Shown: positions 1-11,479 of the stretch, piece by piece
Position numbering within the stretch: position 1 is the first letter of the stretch
Layout of the letters: each line of letters opens with the position of its first letter
Assembly: GCA_015680685.1 (NCBI GenBank)
Contig: MNCI01002616.1
Coordinates: 1 to 64,000 of the forward strand
Direction of reading: 5' to 3'
DNA: 64,000 nucleotides
Origin: Gnetum montanum
Lineage: Eukaryota > Plantae > Gnetophyta
The notes under the pieces: generated by a model
Told to the model about the DNA's origin: nothing
Seen by the model: only the letters and a program-made list of their open reading frames with translations
Databases searched by the model: none
Translations under genes and position numbers: made by a program

Positions 1-316
1 ATCATCTACATTTTCCTAGATCCATATTAGCCATACCACACCTTAACCAGTGAGCCTAAATCGAAGCAAGGTATGCTTTACTTAATGATTCAATTACCCT
101 TGCTAATATATGATGGTGTTGTGTGTGCAGATGGTGATCATACAACAATAGAATGGATCTGGAGCAGACATTTGGAATGGAGCAGTGCTGAAGCAGCATG
201 CAAGAAGTGGAATTGATAATGCGCTTACCGATGGACAACGGAAGGCACAATCTAGGCGTTGGTAGCAACAAGACTCTTCTTCTTTCTTCTCTTCTATTCT
301 CTCTCCTCTTTTCTCT

Positions 317-483
317 NNNNNNNNNNNNNNNNNNNNNNNNNNNNNNNNNNNNNNNNNNNNNNNNNNNNNNNNNNNNNNNNNNNNNNNNNNNNNNNNNNNN
401 NNNNNNNNNNNNNNNNNNNNNNNNNNNNNNNNNNNNNNNNNNNNNNNNNNNNNNNNNNNNNNNNNNNNNNNNNNNNNNNNNNN
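317..483. other. Assembly gap (N run)
   Basis: 167 consecutive Ns; by alignment to copy B the missing sequence is about 390 bp. Confidence 0.99.
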
Positions 484-674
484 TGGCAGATTGATCACTC
501 CAGACTTGGAATTTTTCCCCATGTGCCCATAGTAGGAGTCCTAGAGTGAACGGCTCTTTATTCGAGCAGCTTGTAACCTGAACCCAAGTTGTGTACGACA
601 ATAAAGACGAACTTGATTGGATAAACCTTGCAACACGTGGTTTCATTTATTGCTTTCATTTACTACTTTCCTAG

Positions 675-1095
675 TGCATTCAAGTACGACTTGATTACGA
701 GCGTCTACGGACGTGTACGGCTAGTCAAGGAATCGGCTACTTGACGCAATGCATGAGTACGACTCAATTACGAGCATTGGATGCTTGCCCAGTAGTGTAT
801 TCCAGGGTTCTGCGCTTGGTAACTCTAGGGTCCTATGTGTACGGCTAGTTGAGGAATCGGCTGCTCATTGCTAGGCTAGAACGTGTGATAAGTATGACTT
901 AGTTACGAGCACCCACGGGTGTGTACGGTTGGCTAAGGAATCGGCTGCTTATCACACGTAGGCTAAATAGGTGCCTCAGTACGACCACTTCGAGCACTTG
1001 CGTTACGTGTGGCGATCCCAGTAATGGCTAGCGTTTGGCAAGCCTCAGTTGCATAGTCCAGGGTGTGTCCGGCAAGTGGGAACGGATGCTGACGC
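675..1095 (+). ncRNA. Four tandem covarying stem-loop modules in Athila-like LTR A (putative cis-acting RNA element)
   Basis: Invariant AGTA-CGA / CGA-GC / GTACGGC / GAATCGGC spacers flank stems that differ in sequence but stay complementary: CTTGATTA:TAGTCAAG, CTCAATTA:TAGTTGAG, CTTAGTTA:TGGCTAAG, CCACTT:AAGTGG. Confidence 0.7.
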
Positions 1096-2092
1096 TAGTT
1101 AATTTAGACTAGGACATTAGTTAGATTTAGTTTAGTTTCTCAACCCTTTCCTCTGATAGCATAGGAGAAAACGTGAAAAGACCAAAAAAATCACATACCT
1201 TAGACTTGCTTAACCATACACCGTGACACATACAAGCAAGCCTGGGAAGACAACGAACGATTAACCCCAAGTGTTTCTTGTGGCGTTAAGGCATTTAGTC
1301 TGCGGAGTTCGACCAGATCGAGCGTGTACGCTCGTTTCGTATGGTTGAGTGTAGGGGTACCTCGCCACTCATCAATTTTCATCTTGACATCCAGTTCACC
1401 GATGCCATAGTTGTCCCTTTTTACCTATCTTTCTTACTCCTTTTCTTTCTCCATTCTCACGCTACCGGAGGTTCGTGATTAGTCATGGGGGTACAAGGCC
1501 TACTTTTTCGATTTTTCTCCTAAGCCCCGAATTTTTTCGTTTTTCTCCTTAACCCTACACCTTCGGTAGTCATCATCTACATTTTCCCAGATCCATATCA
1601 GCCATACCACAACCTAGCCAATGAACCTAAACCAAAGCAAGGTATTATTTACTTAATGATTCAATTACCCTTGCTAATATATGATTGTGTTGTGTGTGCA
1701 GATGGTAATCATACAACAACAGAATGGATCTGGAGCAAACACTTGGAATGGGCAGCGCTGAAGCAGCTATGCAAGGAGTAGAATGGATAACGTGCTTACG
1801 GATGGACAAAGGAAGGCGCAATCTAGGCGTTGGAAGCAGCAAGACTCTTCTCTCTTCTTCTATTCTATTCTCTCTCCTCTTTTCTCTTAACTGCCAAATG
1901 TGGCCTGATGTCATTGTAATAAGGTGTTCACCCTTGTTGTCATGAACACCAGTTTTGTCAAGTCTTGTAATAAGGAACCGTTCACATGTCATTCCATTAG
2001 TTCCATTTCCCCTCAATAATCCCATACCTACCTGATATCATTGTAAGGAACTTGAGGACAAGTTTTCATTCAGTCATGGGGGTATGATGAGA

Positions 2093-2225
2093 CGCGATAT
2101 GCACAAGCCGCGATATCGCATATGCGATATCGTGGCCGCCATGATATCGCATCCCCCGTGATATCACGTCCTTCCCTGCGATATCGCGTACGCGATATCA
2201 TGGTCCGCCGTCATATCTATAAATA
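2093..2225 (+). promoter_or_regulatory. LTR U3 promoter: repeated GCGATATCGC palindromes followed by a TATA box
   Basis: Several exact or decayed GCGATATCGC copies at 2093-2200; TATAAATA at 2218-2225. Confidence 0.65.
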
Positions 2226-2466
2226 AGAGGTGACACTCCCTTCATTTCCCAATCCTGGCTAGAAGTAGCGAAGCTCTGGCAGTTTGAACACTCCAGAGTT
2301 AGATTAATTTCCCATGTGCCCGCAGTAGGAGTCCTAGAGTGAATGGCTCTTTATTCGAGTAACTTTGTAACCTGAACACAAGTTGTGTATGAAAATAAAG
2401 ATGAACTTGATTGGATAAACCTTGTAGTACATGGTTTTATTTATTGTTATTTATTGCTTTCCTAGT

Positions 2467-2893
2467 GTGAACGAGTACGACTTGATTACGAGCATCTACG
2501 GATGTGTACGGCTAATCAAGGAATCGGCTGCTCATCGCAACGTGTGAGTACGACTTGATTACGAGCATTGTGACTGCTTGGTAACCCAGTAGCGTATTCT
2601 AGGATTTGTGCTTGGTAATCCCAGTAGTAGTCCAATGTGTACGGCTGGTCAAAGAATCGACTACTCATCGCTAGGCTAGAATGTGTGATAAGTATGACTT
2701 GGCTACGAGCATCCACGGGTGTGTACGGCTAGCCAAGGAATCGGCTGCTTATCACACTTAGGCTAAATAGGTGCCTCAGTACGACCACTTCGAGCACTTG
2801 CGTTACGTGTGGTGATCCCAGTAACGATTAGCGTTTGGTAGCCACAGTTGCATAGTTCAGGGTGTGTCCGGTAAGTGGGAACGGATGCTGACG
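2467..2893 (+). ncRNA. Same four RNA modules in Athila-like LTR B
   Basis: Stems CTTGATTA:TAATCAAG, CTTGGCTA:TAGCCAAG and CCACTT:AAGTGG with the same loop sequences as in LTR A. Confidence 0.7.
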
Positions 2894-4199
2894 CTAGTTA
2901 ATTTAGACTTAGGACATTAGTTAGAGTTAGTTAGTTTCTCAATCCTTTCCCTCATAGCTTAGGAGATAAACTGAAAAATACCAAAAAAATCATATACCTC
3001 AGACTTGCTTAACCATACACCGTGACACATACAAGCAAGTCTGGGAAGACAACGAACGATTAACCCCAAGTGTTTCTTGTGGCGTTAAGGCATTTAGTCT
3101 GCGGAGTTCGACCAGATCTCACGTACACGCTCGTATTCGTATGGTTGAGTGTAGGGGTACCTCACCACTCATCAATTATGTTCATCCATTAAATCTTGGA
3201 CTACTTCTTCATCAAATTTCTAACATTAATTCCATCTAGTAGTAACTTTTCTCTTCAAATATAATGTTGACAAGCCAAGATTCAAAATATTATTGAGTCT
3301 TTAAAAAGGTTGAACCTCTTATTTGATGAAAATTATCTCCTAGAATCCACCATATAAACTATCAAAATACACTCATGAACATGGATAATAATATATTTTA
3401 ACATATATTTCAGAAGCTTATTCACATATTCCTTATTTAAAGCACATATTCTATACTTGTCAAGTACCTAAGAGGAAAAAGTGATGTTACTATCGAAGAT
3501 ATCTTAGAATTTCTTGCTGAAGTATTAATGTAGTTTCTTTGACACTTTAATCTCCTTGTTGATAATTTGTGATTCCTTTTTCTTGATTTATTTTTTATTC
3601 TTGATAAACATGAAATGAGTTATAACATTTGGGTTATTCTTTGACTAAAGTTGGATGGAGAAGTTTCTCATGATTTAAAAGATCATCATGCTATTACATG
3701 CATCAAATTTATCCTTCTTGTAATTCCTTAAGTAGAGTATAACATATGATATATTCATTATTTCTCTCTATATTAAAGATATCTTGCTCAACTTAACTAT
3801 GTTTATATCTTTCATTTTCTTTATTATCTCATCGAGTTTGTAAGTGCTTGCTATAGGATGGGATTTGACTTTAGTAATAACAAATTTAAAGGACATGAAG
3901 TAATCATAGTGCATCTTATTGAACATTGGTGATGGATTGTTTTCAAGCTAAATAAAGAAATTATTCTCATCAGTAAGAATTACATGAATCATGATTTCCT
4001 AAGGCTTATAATGAGTGGATTTGAAATCCTTGGTATATAAGTAGATATCCTTATGTAAACCTTTTGATGTTTGGGTAGCAGTGTACCAAGTATAATGAGT
4101 GGGAAGACTCTTCTTCATATCTATTGATATTTTGCCTTTATTTTGCTATAATAAAATAAAAGTTAATAAGTTCATGTATGTAAGATACATGAGGATGAA

Positions 4200-5800
4200 G
4201 TTGTATGAAAAAGAAATGTCCTCAATATGAAATCAAGTAAATCATGGAACATATCTTAGAAGATGATGTATCAACTGAGGGTAATTAAACATGCATTAGT
4301 ATATGGGTTTGTGGATGGTATAAAGCTCATTGAGTGTAAGTGACATATAAGATGAGAAAGATTAGATATGTATGTAAATTAATGTTTATAAAAGATAATC
4401 AAGAATATCAAACCTAGGTTCTATATTAGATGTGGATAATCAATCATGGATGGATGTGTGTATTTGTGAAGGCTATGGAGCTCATTGAGCATAGGTAATG
4501 TATCATATAAAGGTAATCAAACAAAAATCATTTGCAAGTTTATGGAGACATACATTGAAATTAGGTGCTAGATTAAAAGAGAAAAAATAAACATGCATGA
4601 GAGTATAAATGTATGAAGGATACGCAACTCATCGAGCATAGGTGCTATATCATATGAGAAAAATATAACATGAATGAATGTGCTTGTTTATGAAATGGAA
4701 TGAAGCACATTAAGATTATATACTATATTGGCTAAGGACAATCAACCATGCATGGGCATATAGGTATGTGGAGGGTATTGAGCTCATTGAATGTAGGTGA
4801 TATATTAAATAAGAATAATAGAACATACACATGTATAAAGGTGTGTGGAAGGAAATGAAGCATATTAAGCCTAGGTATTATATCAATTAAGGGTAATCAA
4901 ACATTCATGAATATGTAGGTATATGAAGTATATGGAGCTCATTGAGTGTAGGTTATACATTAGAAAAAGATAACTGAACATGCATGGAAGTGTATGTGTG
5001 TGAAAGAAAATGAAGCACATCAAGCCTAGGTGATGTATCAAATGAAGAAAATCAAACATGCATGAGTGTGCAAGTTCATGGAGGGCATGGATCTCATGAA
5101 ACATAGATAATGTATTGGATGAGAGTAGTTAAACATGCATGGACATGTAGATTTATGAAAGGCAATGAAGCTCATTGAGTCTAGGAATTGTATTGCATGA
5201 GGGAAATTGAACATGCATGAGAGTGTGAGTCTATGGAGATTATGGATCTCATCAAGTGTAGACACTATATTAGATAAGGATAATATAATATGCATAGATG
5301 TTTTATTTTGTGAAAGGAAATATAGTACATCTAGGCTAGGTGTTATATCAACTAAGAATAATTGAACATGCATGGGCATGTAAGTATGTGAAGTCTATGA
5401 AGCTTATCAAGCATTAGTGATATATCAGCTAGGAGAATTGAACATGCATGAGCAGGTAAACATATAGAAGGGAAAGAAATACATCAAGCCTAGGGGTTAT
5501 AGTAGATGAATGAAATCAAACATGCATGGGTATGTGAGTCTATGAAGGATATGAAGCTCATTGAACATAAGCACTAGGATAATTAGACATGCACATGTGA
5601 TGATTTATGAAGAATAAAGTCCATATCAAAGGTACAAGGGGGAGATGATGCTAATCAAAAATGCATGAGCATGCAAATTTGTGATGGGGAGAAGCTTCTT
5701 GAGCATAGTTGATGTATCAGATGAGAATAATCAAATATTCATAGACATGTAGGACCATGAATGATATGGACATGATTAATACTAGATGCTATAATAGGTG
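4200..5800. repeat. Degenerate minisatellite of about 78 bp
   Basis: An AACATGCATG anchor recurs at about 4977, 5054, 5131, 5210, 5365, 5441 and 5518, with a GAAGCTCATTGAG submotif. Confidence 0.75.
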
Positions 5801-6029
5801 AATCTAAATAAACACGTTTGGGATAGACAATCTAAGATTTTTAAAAAGGTGCAACTATACCATCATCACTTGAATTATACATCTATGCAAGTTTAGTTTG
5901 TAATGATCTAATTAATAATTTTAATTAAGAGTAAAAAAGATGATGCAAATATATTATTAAGTTTTAATAGTTCCAAATGTAAAATGAACTATATTTGTAA
6001 AAAGGAATAAACTATGAGAAGGAATAAAT

Positions 6030-7000
6030 GCATTGTATCTTACATGACTTGTGTCTATTTGAGAACAAGATTAAATATAGAAACCACAAAATTCAAACTT
6101 GCATGAGTGTGCATGTTTTATAATGGGTTCTCTAACTATACTTTCAATTCAAAAGAGAAATGAACAAAGATAATATTTATCATCTTGAAGAGGCATTAAG
6201 TACATAAACAAATAGTTTCATTGCATTTTGGAAAGCATGTGTTCATTTAAGAAGTGTCTTTTATATAAAGTCTATGAAATCCAAACCTACACAAATATGC
6301 ATACTTTATTTGGAATGTTCCATGTATATTTTCTAGTTCAAAATAGGAACAATAGAAATATGTTCTATAATTAGAGAAATTTTTCAAGTATGAAATCTTA
6401 TAATTTCACTTTAGTTTTATAGGAGTGTGTCTATATAATAAGTAATTGGAATTAGAGACCATCAATTCCAAACCAAAATGACTATGCACATTTTTATTTT
6501 ATTACATGTTGTAAAGATTATTTTTAATTGAAGAAAGTATTATATAATTAAATCTTCAAGTCCAAACCTACATAGACATGTAAGTTTCATTTGAATGGAT
6601 GCATGTATCTATTTGAGGAGCATATTAGATATAGAAACCTTGAAATTCAAACATGCACATTTTATTTGTGACGGTCCATGTATATTTTCTAGTTCAAAAT
6701 AGAAATAACAGGAATATGTTCTATAATCTTTAAAAATTTGTAACCATGAAAGCTTATAATTCATTATATTTTTAGAAGAGCATGTCAATATGACAATGTA
6801 ATTAGATTTAGATAGTACTAATTCTAAATGTACATAGTTATGAATGTTTCAATTTTATTGCATTTTATGAAGAACATATTTATTTGAGAGTATGGGATAT
6901 AGAGACACCAAATACAAAATTCCTTAGATGTGAAAGTTTCATTTGGGATACTAAATGTCTATTTTCTATTTCAAAATGAGAATAACAAAATAATATTAGA
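6030..7000. repeat. Degenerate AT-rich direct repeats
   Basis: TCCATGTATATTTTCTAGTTCAAAATAG at about 6319 and 6675, with a weaker copy near 6955; ATTAGATATAGAAACC-like blocks also repeat. Confidence 0.55.
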
Positions 7001-10000
7001 TAATCATGAGGAAGTATCAAGCATGCTATAATTGACCAAATATGTTGTATAAAAATAATGTGAAATTTTTTTTCTATAGTGATTTAAGGAGAAATTATGC
7101 ATAAAATAAGATAGTATAATTCTTAAATGCTAAAATATTATATAAATTGAAAAAATAAAATGAAAATTAACATTGGAAAAAACTAGTTTAATGGACAATC
7201 TACTATGCAAAAGTAGTGCACACAATGAATTGCAACATTGTGAATATAGAAATCAAAATAATCACAAGATCTAATATTAAGTAAAAAAATGTTAAAGTGG
7301 AATAGAAATCCATCATCTTTGTAGCATCAATTCAAATAACTACTTTCAATAATGCATGTTAGAGTATAAAGTAGTGCACATAATAAATAATCATAATGTT
7401 AATAAAATAAAAAAAATGAATAGATGCAATTAAAAATTTGTGCAAATACATGTTTTATAGACAATTTAAAATTCAAAATTTATGAAAAAATAGGTTTTAT
7501 AGATAATCTACAATGCAAAATTTATCAACAAACTAGTTTGAAAAATAATCTAATATGCAACATTGATGCACAACTGGTTTGATAAATCTAAAATGTAAAA
7601 TTTATGCAAAAAAATAGTTTGATAGAAAATCTATGATGAAAAAATTATGCACAAATAGTTCATTTAGATGTAGAAAAGAAAGATAAGATTGAATTACATT
7701 AAGATTGATCATGTAGAAAATGATTTGTTTGACAAGTTCTTTTCTTTTGGGATATGTTATTGCTACTATGTTGTAAATGCACAAAAACATTATTTTTTAT
7801 TTACACACAATTATATGGCTACATTAGACTCTATGAGAATACATAAAGGACTTGGTATAAGCTCTGTTACTTCTTAGGCACTAGTTTAAGTTCATGGTAT
7901 GTTTTGTGTAACAAATTGTATTTTTGGGATACCTAGGTTAATATATGCACCTTATGTTTTTGTGCTCCTTGATGTCTTGAAGGTTTGTACTATGATTTAT
8001 ATTTATCCTTATTAGCTAAGATTGGACTTTTAGCATTATTTTATTATGCTTATGTACGTTTATATTATGCATTATTAATTATATTTTCACTTAGTGTGCA
8101 CTAATGTGGAGGAGGAGTTTGGTATGCTTTCTTATGTAGGCTATGGCATGGACATGTAAGGCATGTGATGGCATGATTATTTTTTATGATCATGATATTT
8201 TATTAAATTAAATTAATTATGGTATGCATTATTTTTAATTAAAATGTTTTTGATATGATTTGTTGGCTTATGGTAAGTATACGTGAGTTATGAGAGGTTT
8301 GGTAGTAGTTTTCTTTATTTTTATTTTTAATTTTTAAAAATAAGTTTAGTGTTGCTATGTTTGTGATTTTGATATTTTCCCACTAAAAATCCCACAATCC
8401 ATTCTTTTGGATACTTTGGCTTCCATTTGTTTGGACATGCAAGCATTGTTAGATTGGAGACTTGTAACAATGGTTGTGGAGCTTTGTTGGTTTGTGAACA
8501 TAGTTCATGTATAAGTATGTGGTTATGTTCATCTGTTACTTCATGGATTGTGCTTATTATTTTTTAAGTAAGTTATCTTGACATTTTCTCATATTTGTTT
8601 CATCTCTCAAGTATTGGACATTATCTACATACTTGGCTTTTTATTAGAATCTTTTTCAAAGTTGTATGCAATTATGGTTGGCTTAGGTCTTACTTTAACT
8701 AATTAGAATTTCTTGATTTCTATGTGTAATTCACATATTTTAATTTTACTATTTTTTTTATTTTCATGAGTTCTTGGGATTTGGAGTTTTGTGAGAATTC
8801 AATACGTCTATTTTGGGTTTTGGTATTGTTTGTTAGTCTCTTGTTTCCATGCCATTAGATTTATCTTATTTCAAGTCTATTTTGGTCTTGATTATTTCAT
8901 TGAATTTTAAGTCACCATTATTTTATGAGTTTTGAAAAGTTTTTTCTAGGATTTGTGTTAGAATATAATTGCAACAAAATGTACAATCATTAGTTTTGTA
9001 ACAATCCAAGAATAATCATAATTACTTTTGAAAAATTCATAATAAAAGGACATGATATATCATGAAAACCATTACAACCATACTCATGGAACATAAGTAG
9101 CCAAGATCAAGTTACAAAGTGATGTGAGAAAGAAGAGAAGAATAAGTGATAAGGAATATAAAGAAGAAAAAGAAGATAGTATGACTAAGAAATAATAAAT
9201 CATAAAAGTATATACTAGATGAAGCATTGCATAGAAGATAATTAGGATAAGAACTATAAAAAATCCAGGTTATGTATCCAAAGTAAGAGAAGTAGTAAGT
9301 AGAAATAAGTACAAAGGAACAAAAGATTCATTAGAATCCATAGATTCAAAATGGTAACATGAGAACCAAAAGGTTAATAAGTAATTCTTATAATAAAGAA
9401 ATGAAGAAGGACCCTATTTCCTAAATAGGATAAAAAGATCCAATAGTGAGCCATTTATAATCTAATCTAGTTTCCTAAAGAGGAAGAAAAGACCATATGA
9501 AAGATTATGATGGATAAAAGAAGAAGACTATAAAGAAGAAACATGCTATGATTGTGCTAGTAGTCTATAACCAGTTAAGCCATTGATCACTGAGAAGTTC
9601 AAGAAGGCCTAGCTCACATAAGACTAACCAATTGAAAAACTTTTCATTAGACCTATCATGAATTAAAGACAAAGGTAGACATTACAATGATGTAGTTATG
9701 AAGAATAAGAAAGACATGTTACAAAGAAGAGGTTTGTAACAAAACTAGAAGATATCAAGAATGATTACAGAATGTGAATAATAATGTCATGAAAGATATA
9801 TTAATGAATTATTTAGCCAACAAGTTATGTAGTAAGTTTTCTCAAAACTAAAATGATTTTAATATAACTAAAGTTTTCCTAGAGATAAAGATACAAAATA
9901 TAACATTGTATTGTAGAAAAAGTTTCAAAGTTGATTATGAAGACAGGAAATTATGAAGAAATAGAACATGAATTTTGAAATTAAAATGAAGTGATGTGTC

Positions 10001-11479
10001 AAGAGATCACAACAATTCATAAACAAAGGATAGTTATATGAGGTAGTTATATGGAATAGTTAATCAATCAAAAGCTATGTATGGAGACAGAGATATAAGG
10101 AAAAAACATGAGCTAATAAACTATTGAACATAAGAAGGCAGGAAGATCTAACTATAATAGAAGGATAAAATAAAATCATGCAACATGTTTGTGAACAAAT
10201 GATGCTCTTGAAGATAGCCTTAGAAAGAATATTGGAGTCTCGTATGAGATCAACCAATCAAAAGAATAATCCTCAACATTATCCACTTTTTGAATATCAT
10301 ATTCATATGACTTTCAAAAGATATGAAAGATCCTAGAAGAGGATGCATGGATAAGCAAAGGTAAATAAATGATAACAAGGGACAAGTAAGAAGACCATAT
10401 GTTTGGAACCAATGATGCAGGAACAAATCTCAATATCCTAATCACTTAAGGATGGAGTAGGTTCATTCTAATAATTAATCATTTTCAAGTAATTAATATA
10501 TATTATGAAAATATGATTAATTTTCTTGAAAATAAGAAAACTTGCTATCTTCAATTATTCAATTAGAAGATTACAATAGGGTTTCCAAAATCCAAAAACA
10601 TCCAAAATATTTCTCACTCAAATGATATTGCAAAGAATAAGGCTTTACAAGCACATGATGATAGTTCTTAATGCAAGATACAACCAATAGAAAATATCTT
10701 CCATAACTTGGGACTAAGATATCAACTCACAAGGAAGACATAAGAGAATAGAGCACATAGGCCAACACACCAAATAATTAACCTTGAAGCTATAGTAACC
10801 AATTTCACTCACTCAATGTGCTCTTACATACTCTTTTGATAAGCTCTACACACTTAGAGTTCTTTTTCTTACTCATGGTATCAACACTTATGAATCACAT
10901 TAATATTATGGATAATAAGAAAAAAAGAAATCTAGAAACCTTCCCTAAAATCTACTTAAGGATCTTTAGTTGTTTTCATAGTCTTCTCACCTTTTCCTTG
11001 ATTGTTTTCATCCTTTTCCAACTTACTCTAATTGTTTTTTAAATTGGAAAGGATGATATTGAAAGTGTCCCTAGCCATACAGGTTGTCTCTAATCTCAAA
11101 AAGACTTTTCCTATTAAAAACTATCTTTCTAGAAAGACTTTTTCTATTTTTGGGAGATGTTTTCCTCTTGGACAAGATATCTACTCTTGGGAAAGATGTC
11201 TTACGTAAAATATCTTCTGTGTTGGAGAGACATCTTCTTTGAGAAGTCTCATATTCAATCGAGACATCTTCTCTAAAGTTAAGACATCTCTTGCATAGTT
11301 CTAACTCCTAAATAAGACATCTTCTTGACCTTCAAGATATTTCCATAGAGCTTAAAACATGCAAAACATACACATAGAAAATAAGAAGAGGATCGGAAGA
11401 GTTGCTCCTACACTAGCTCTACCATCTTTTAAAAAGTGAACTCATGTAAATAAGAGAGTAGGGGTTAAAGTGATCCTTC

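Larger units (their letters stand above)
1..1374 (+). mobile_element. Athila-like Ty3/Gypsy 3' internal region plus LTR (copy A; start of the LTR lies in the N gap)
   Basis: 1-316 aligns with 1572-1887 and 484-1374 aligns with about 2277-3174. It ends in CTCATCA at 1374, the inverted terminus of TGATGAG. No PBS follows, so this is a 3' LTR. Confidence 0.7.
1375..3174 (+). mobile_element. Athila-like 3' internal region, PPT and LTR (copy B; LTR 2085-3174)
   Basis: CTTGAGGACAAG...AGTCATGGGGGTA precedes the LTR, as at Athila 3' ends. LTR termini are TGATGAG(2085)...CTCATCA(3174), about 1.09 kb. Confidence 0.75.

Noticed and set aside
56-646. Long ORFs at the window start
   Set aside because: Artefacts of reading through the N gap.
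675-1095. Hammerhead/retrozyme, hairpin ribozyme or sarcin-ricin rRNA fragment (AGTACGA...GGAA)
   Set aside because: No CUGANGA/GAAA core or hairpin-ribozyme loop B on either strand, and no rRNA homology beyond a few bases; kept as an unknown structured motif.
3175-8950. Possible host gene in the AT-rich interval
   Set aside because: Only short low-complexity ORFs and degenerate repeats; no consistent exon structure or domain recognised.
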